From Nemertoderma westbladi (lineage: Eukaryota > Animalia > Xenacoelomorpha), in contig JAUCBJ010006519.1 of assembly GCA_032718475.1 (NCBI GenBank), positions 1 to 55,233 on the forward strand: a stretch of DNA of 55,233 bases, in the 5' to 3' direction. Below, in pieces: positions 49,369-55,233 of this stretch; position 1 is the first letter of the stretch; every line of letters begins with the position of its first letter. Both the position numbers and the translations under genes were made by a program. Under the pieces are notes generated by a model. It was not told the origin of the DNA. It ran no database searches and saw only the letters and a list, made by a program, of their open reading frames with translations.

Positions 49369-49445
49369 TAGTTTAGAGTATTTTTATATTTTAGAAGCTG
49401 TGATTTTTATATTTTATAGACTTAAATCCCATTTTCTGGGAGCGG

Positions 49446-50544
49446 TGTAAAAGCTTTTGTGGACATAACAAGTCATTTTTCCGCAATGCGCAGAATACTC
49501 TAAAATAGCCCTAAATTTATCCAACTATGCGACGGGAAGGAATTGGAGCTGGTGTGACGACATCTATCAGCTGATTCTTTGTGGACGTGGAATTTTTCTT
49601 TGTTCTGCCTCATTCAGCTAATCAGAGCATTTTTCCCTTTATGTCTAACAGAGGCCTACGGAAACTCGCGCATGCATTACAGTCTTTGTTTACTATTTTC
49701 TGAACACCAGAACCGGCTCGGAATTTTTCTGTGCTTCTGTGTAGAAGTTTCAGACTTTGGCCTAGAACATCAGATGGCCTTGATTATAAGAACATAAAAC
49801 TATTAACATCGGAACACATATTTCATACAACATTTCATGCATTATGTAACACATACTGACTGTTCACCGCATTATTTTACTTCTGTTATTAATTGTTGTT
49901 ATGTTAATGGATATTGCTGTTATATTTGGAGAATACCGATAAATAATCATAAAACCCCCAATCTTCTTGATTACTGAAGGTAAGAGGAACAGGTTTACCG
50001 GTAGCAACTGCGACTTACATTATAGTGGTTTTTGTGTGAATTAAATGCTATTTCATAATCCCTACATGTGTCAGTTGCGATCCTCCTTATATATGATCAA
50101 ATTCAGTGACGGTCGGCAGATCAGTGCGAAGTAGTGTGAAGTAGTGTGAAGTAGTGTGAAGGTTAATAAAGCATCTCCTAAAGAATGCGCTATTTACGAA
50201 ACTCTGTGGCCATCTAGTTGTGATTAGTATAAGTCATAACTCTGATTTTATACTTAAAGCGCCACGTCCTAAAGGAACTGTTAATATTTCCCCGAAAGTA
50301 AATATATTGTCAGAGATTATATAGTAACGATCAATCGAATAATACAGTAGGTCTACACTGCAATAACTCTCAAGGAATCCGAATCCAGTCTCCCAAAACC
50401 GTGGGTGATTGGTCGCGCACGGACTGGCTTCGGCTGATGTAACTTCAGTACACAAGGTAATTGATATAGACTAAAGTCGATTTATAAACAAGAGGACAAC
50501 TAAAATTGGCAGGTTAAACTGCTAAAGGTCTAAAAGCGCGAACA
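49446..50544 (+). repeat. 3' LTR of element B (diverged relative of A LTR)
   Basis: GGGAGCGG|TGTAAAAGC...AAAAGCGCGAACA; shared blocks with 762-1973. Confidence 0.9.
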
Positions 50545-51269
50545 ACCACGTTACATTGAGTAGCAATAGCAGTAACTACGAGACTGATAGTTGATACTGA
50601 TTTACCCTAGACTTACTTTAACTGTTATTATCGTGATAGGCATTCAACTGTAAAATAAATTATGTCTGACACAAACCAAACCCTGTCAGATAGTCTCTTG
50701 GAAAGGACGATCTGTGACCCAGATCAAAGTATGGAAAGGCCCCGACCAAAGTCTAAGTCCCCTCCTACTGTAAGAAAGGTCATCCCTACAGTAGTCGTGT
50801 CGGACCCTAGGCTAGTGAAGCACCATAGGTCTATTATAGGCACTAGGGCTCAAGTTAAGCGAGACCAAACGACGGCTGTATAACAGCAACAGTACCCGAA
50901 CCGAGAAGTTATTTCTCAACCACGTAGTAACTCTAATTCCGACACCGAAGAGTTAATGCCCGAGATTGGATCAAGGATGGAAGATGTGGTTTACCCTGAC
51001 CCACTTTTAATTCTTCCTGGGGCAGTGCTCACTAGAGTACTTATAGCTGTAGAAGAACATCAAGCGGACTGGATGAGAAATAAGAGATCAACCAGGGGCA
51101 GTTACGCCGGATACCCATTGGAAGAACTAAGGTCTATTGTAGAGACTCAATGGAACTTCCCCAAACCCGGACTCCCGTTTAACTTATGAGAAGCTGCCTG
51201 GGAAGACTTATATCAAATGGGCGTTGTCAGAGACACCCAAGATCCCGCTGTGTGGAAGAGGTCAGCAGC
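50545..51269 (+). pseudogene. gag: Leader end and gag N-terminus of a third A/B-family copy (C); ATG 50662
   Basis: MSDTNQTLSDSLL..., DPLLILP...VWKRSAA match A 8498-9101. Confidence 0.88.
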
Positions 51270-52194
51270 CGTCAGATGTCCAATTATACTCTTTTGGCGA
51301 ATTGTGAATGTTTACACAGTTGGCGCAGATATCCATTCAAGAGACGAAGATCGTGCTGTTATTCGATTAAATTCCGATCCTTGGTTACAGACATTGGTAG
51401 ACATTGCTGATATGGCCGACTCCATGACCAATACAGTGAAACCCAATGAGAGATTTAGAACTTTAACAAAAGATACTGGTACCGCCTTATCGCATACCTG
51501 TTGTGGTCTTGTCGATTTAGTCCATAAACGTCTTGAGACAGCTGACTTTGTCATGATTGGGGAACACAACAGCGATGATGTGGAAAGTATGTTTGGAGTT
51601 CTGCATCAAGGATTAGGTGGAACATACTTTATTAATTGTCAACAGGCATTGGAAAGGTCGAGAATCTTGGTTAGCAAACTTTTGCTAGAATTGGGAAGCA
51701 CTGTTGAAGGAAATCAACAACATGTTTGTGAGAACTGTTCATCTACATTGACTGAAGACGAATGCGAATTACTGGACAACTTGGAAGAACTGGAGGACTC
51801 TATTTCTGATGATAATAAACAAGCACTGGTGTATATCGTGGGGTATATAAGTGCAACTCATGAGGACATACCAGCTGACAATAGACAATACTACTTAAAA
51901 TATGGTTCATATTTAAACAGACTTGAGAGCGGTGGATTAAGGAAACCAGATGACAAGACTTGTATATTCACATTTTATTGTTATATGTTGTTTATTAATT
52001 TAAAATCAGAATTTTGCCGAAAATCTCTAGAAACCGTTTTTTGTTATTTGTCATCTGTCTATTGTCTGGAAATAACTCGCGCATCTACTCGCAAATTGAT
52101 TAATATTTTTGTAAATAATGATTGTATATTAAAAACTCCACGATCTACAAAGGAGAATGCACAAAAGAAAATAAATTTATCAGAATCTCGCTAG
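51270..52194 (+). pseudogene. C-terminal fragment of a P-element/THAP9-like transposase
   Basis: LTKDTGTALSHTC, FVMIGEHNSDDVESMFGVLHQGLGG (cf. QDxLExxFGxxRQxxG), YIVGYI, GGLRKP. Confidence 0.75.
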
Positions 52195-52409
52195 AAAACT
52201 CAATTTGTGCTATAAACTTGCACTTTCGCGATTATGCGATTAAATCGCATAATTGTGCTACGGTACTTTAATCACATTTGTGCTACTATGTACTCTTAAT
52301 TTATAAATAAATATATGTGATAAATAACGTGGATAGCTGTATAATATACGGTCTGTGTTAGTAATTATCGTTTAATGTATTTGCATGTGCTACGTTCGGT
52401 TATATAATA

Positions 52410-52815
52410 CTAGCTGGGATGGCCGGCTTCGCCGGCATCCCATCGCGCTCGGCGCAGATTCTTGCTTCGCGCTTGCAGTTTAAATTCCCTTTAGTCCCCG
52501 AAATAACGTCCCATGACAACGGATGCCATGGTAACAGGGTCTTTAAAGTCATTCCATGTAATTTCTCAGGGTCGATATAGCAGGGGTAGGTTTTGATCCT
52601 AGGTCTGTACGATCATTGGTACCCGAAATAATGGCCCATAGCAATGGTTGCCATAGTGACAGACAGTGCCATACCCCCTACCCCAAAGCCACATAGCCTA
52701 TGTTACCCGCCGGGTCATGATACCCCTGTGGACAAAATTTCAGCCCTCTGGGGTCAGTAGTTCTGGAGAAAACCGTGAACAGACAGACATACTCTTCTCT
52801 TTATTTATATATAGA
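52410..52815 (-). mobile_element. Non-autonomous Helitron
   Basis: Minus strand starts A|TCTATATA, ends GC hairpin GCCGGCGAAGCCGGC then CTAG|T; TGTC microsatellite near 5' end; no TSD. Confidence 0.75.
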
Positions 52816-52817
52816 TA

Positions 52818-54840
52818 CTAGAAAGCAAGTGACCCTTCGGGCCACGGCTTTCTAGTTCACAAACCTATTCACCATTCCAAACATTAATTAATTAATTAAC
52901 TTAACAAAACTTCATATGATTGAGAGTGTTCTCTCAAACAAAAGGACTGATGCTGTTTTACTTTTCAGATATCTACACTGGTCAACGTCCTTCACATAGA
53001 TGCAGCTTTATGATGTAGTACAGTAGACTTCTGACAATTATCAGCGTAAAAGCATTTTTAATAAATAAATGTGAGAATGTTTTTACTTTTCAGATTCAGA
53101 TATTTCGCACCCTAGCAGTAGAATGGAAATCCGCAGACTGGTTAGCGTCCTCCCCATACAAACAGCCTATGGTCAAGCAAAAAAGCATTAGAAACAACGA
53201 AATGGGAGAAGGATTTCACTTGAGACATTTCACCCTCTAGCGGCAGACTGAGAAATTGCAGATTGGTCAGAGTTTTCCACAAACACGCAGTCTATGGTGT
53301 AGTAGACCTCTGACAAGTATCAGCCTAAAAGCATTAGAAACAACGAAACGGGGTAAGGTTTTCACTTTCAGACATTTCGCCCCCTAGCGGCCGAATGGAG
53401 AACTGCAGTTTGTTCGGCGTCTTACCTAGACACACACCCTATGGTGTATTACACATCTGGCAAGTGTCAGCCTGAAAGCATATTAATAACGAAATGGGAT
53501 AAGAGGTTTTCACTTTCAGAAATTTGGCCCCCTAGCGGTAGACTGGATAAATGCAGACTGGTTCTAGCTCCTCCCCATACACACAGTCTATGGTGTAGTA
53601 GACCTCTGCCAAGTATCAGCAAAAAAGCATTATAAACAATGAAATGCATAAACGTTTTCACTTTCCGACATTGCGCCCCCTAGCGGCAGACAGAGCTATT
53701 GCAGATTGGTCTTAGTTCTCCACAAACACGCAGTCTTTGATGTAGTAGACCTCTGAATAGTATCAGCCTAAAAACATTATACACATCAAAATGGGATAAG
53801 GTTTTCACGTTCCGACATTTCGCCCCCTAGCGGCCGAATAGAGAACTGCAGGTTGTTCGGCGTCCTCTCCAGACACACACCCTATGGTGAAATACACAAC
53901 TGCCAAGTGTCAGCCTAAAAGCATTATTAATAACGAAATGGGATAAGGTTTTCACTTTCAGACATTTGGCCCCCTAGCGGTAGACTGGAGAAATGCAGAC
54001 TGGTTCTAGCTCCTCCCCAAACACGCAGTCTTTGTGTAGTAGACCTCTGCCAAGTATCAGCAAAAAAGCAGTATAAACAACGAAATGGGATAAGGTTTTC
54101 ACTTTCAGACATTGCGCCCCCTAGCGGCAGACAGAGGAATTTCAGATTATTCAGAGTTCTCTACAAACACGCAGTCTATGGTGTAGTCGACTTCTGCCAA
54201 GTATCAGCAAAAAAGCATTATAAACAAAGAAATGGGATAAGGTTTTCACTTTCAGATATTTCTCCCCCTAGCGGTAGAAGACCTCTGCCATGTATCAGCT
54301 AAAAGGCTTTAATAATAACGAAAAGGGAGATGTTTTCATTTTCGGATATTTCGCCCACTAGCGACAGACTGGAGAACTGCAGATTGATCAGTGTCCTCCC
54401 AAACACACAGTCTATGGTCGGGAACAGATCTGCAAAGTATCATTTAGAACAGATTAAGTCTGGTATCAAAAAGTAGCATAATAGTCGAGACCCAACATGT
54501 AGAGTGACAGAATGAACTGCTAGGCCTACCGCGCTACCGGTACCAAATTCACGAAATCTGCATTCACGCAAACAAACGCGTAAAATAAGACTCGAGATAG
54601 CAACAGTGCACGTGCTCGTGACGAGAGCTTCCGTTCGATGTGCCGCGAGCTCCGATTGGTGTTTGTGTGTAGAAACGTATAGACGGACAGACATTCGGGC
54701 CACGGTTTTCTAGTTCACAAGCCTATTCACCATTCCAAACATTAGATTAATTAATTAACTTAACTTAACAAAACGTCACATGATTGAGTGTTCTCTCAAA
54801 CAAAAGGACTGCAGCTGTTTTACTTTTCAAATATCTATAT
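52818..54840 (-). mobile_element. Helitron/Helentron-like repeat carrying a satellite array
   Basis: Hairpin + CTAG|T end at 52818; ~140-bp direct repeats 52837-52975 and 54695-54838 flank the array. Confidence 0.5.
53060..54445. repeat. ~147-bp satellite, ~10 monomers, 3-monomer higher-order period
   Basis: GCCCCCTAGCGG core recurs at ~53231, 53378, 53526, 53674, 53821, 53968, 54115, 54262. Confidence 0.92.
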
Positions 54841-54935
54841 ACTACGTACAACATAAGGCTTAGGTTGTATAAAGTAGATACCTGCCAAGTATCATTTCCA
54901 AAGGATTACAAATAGTAAAAATATGGAAGGTTAAA

Positions 54936-55233
54936 CTGTGGGGCGAGCCACGAAGTGAGAGAGCCTTAGCGTAGTGGTACCATTAATCAACCTGTGGGGC
55001 GAGCCACGAAGTGAGTGAGCCTTAGCGTAGTGGTACCATTAATCAACCTGTCGTTCTGTCGTTCTGTCGTTCTGTCGTTCTGTCGCGTTTTTTTTCAGTA
55101 TTTTATTTTAAACGTTAATAACTCGGCCAATCCTTGATGAAATCTATCCAAACTTGGTACACATGTTGTTTGGCAAAAGTTTGAAAATTTTCCAAGTAGA
55201 ATTTGCGTGGGGCCTTCGTGCAGCATCAGTGTA
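54936..55233. repeat. 56-bp tandem duplication + (CTGTCGTT)n microsatellite; probable start of another non-autonomous interspersed repeat
   Basis: Units at 54936 and 54992; microsatellite 55048-55085. Confidence 0.6.

Larger units (their letters stand above)
1..50544 (+). mobile_element. BEL/Pao LTR retrotransposon B (degenerate, 5' end outside window; interrupted by four insertions)
   Basis: Segments 1-761, 23325-26177, 27136-29711, ~34581-35050 and 47878-50544 are colinear with element A (gag-pol, ORF3, LTR) and rejoin across TSDs. Confidence 0.9.

Noticed and set aside
53441-54112. Small ORFs in the satellite
   Set aside because: Chance frames in tandem repeat; not maintained among monomers.

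Overview
Eukaryotic (metazoan-like) transposon nest with no recognisable host gene, RNA gene or CRISPR. Backbone is an old BEL/Pao LTR retrotransposon (B, <1-50544, + strand). Inserted in it are: a younger relative (A, 762-23324, TSD GTGGA), which itself holds a short-LTR Gypsy element (2490-6806, TSD CAGCC); a solo LTR (26178-27135, TSD CGGAA); a 5'-truncated unrelated BEL (D, ~29712-34560); and a full-length antisense BEL (E, 35051-47877). After B's 3' LTR come a third gag start of the A/B family fused to a P-element-like transposase fragment, non-autonomous Helitron-like repeats and a ~147-bp satellite. Highlights: (1) two different BEL families (A/B and E) carry, in the env position, a homologous accessory ORF with DEDDy 3'-5' exonuclease-like motifs and Cys/His knuckles; (2) none of the three intact 5' LTR junctions has a tRNA-type PBS, and two pair with their own LTR instead (Tf1-like self-priming); (3) the satellite carries one CTCF-like motif per monomer. 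All alignments and counts are by eye; no searches were run.
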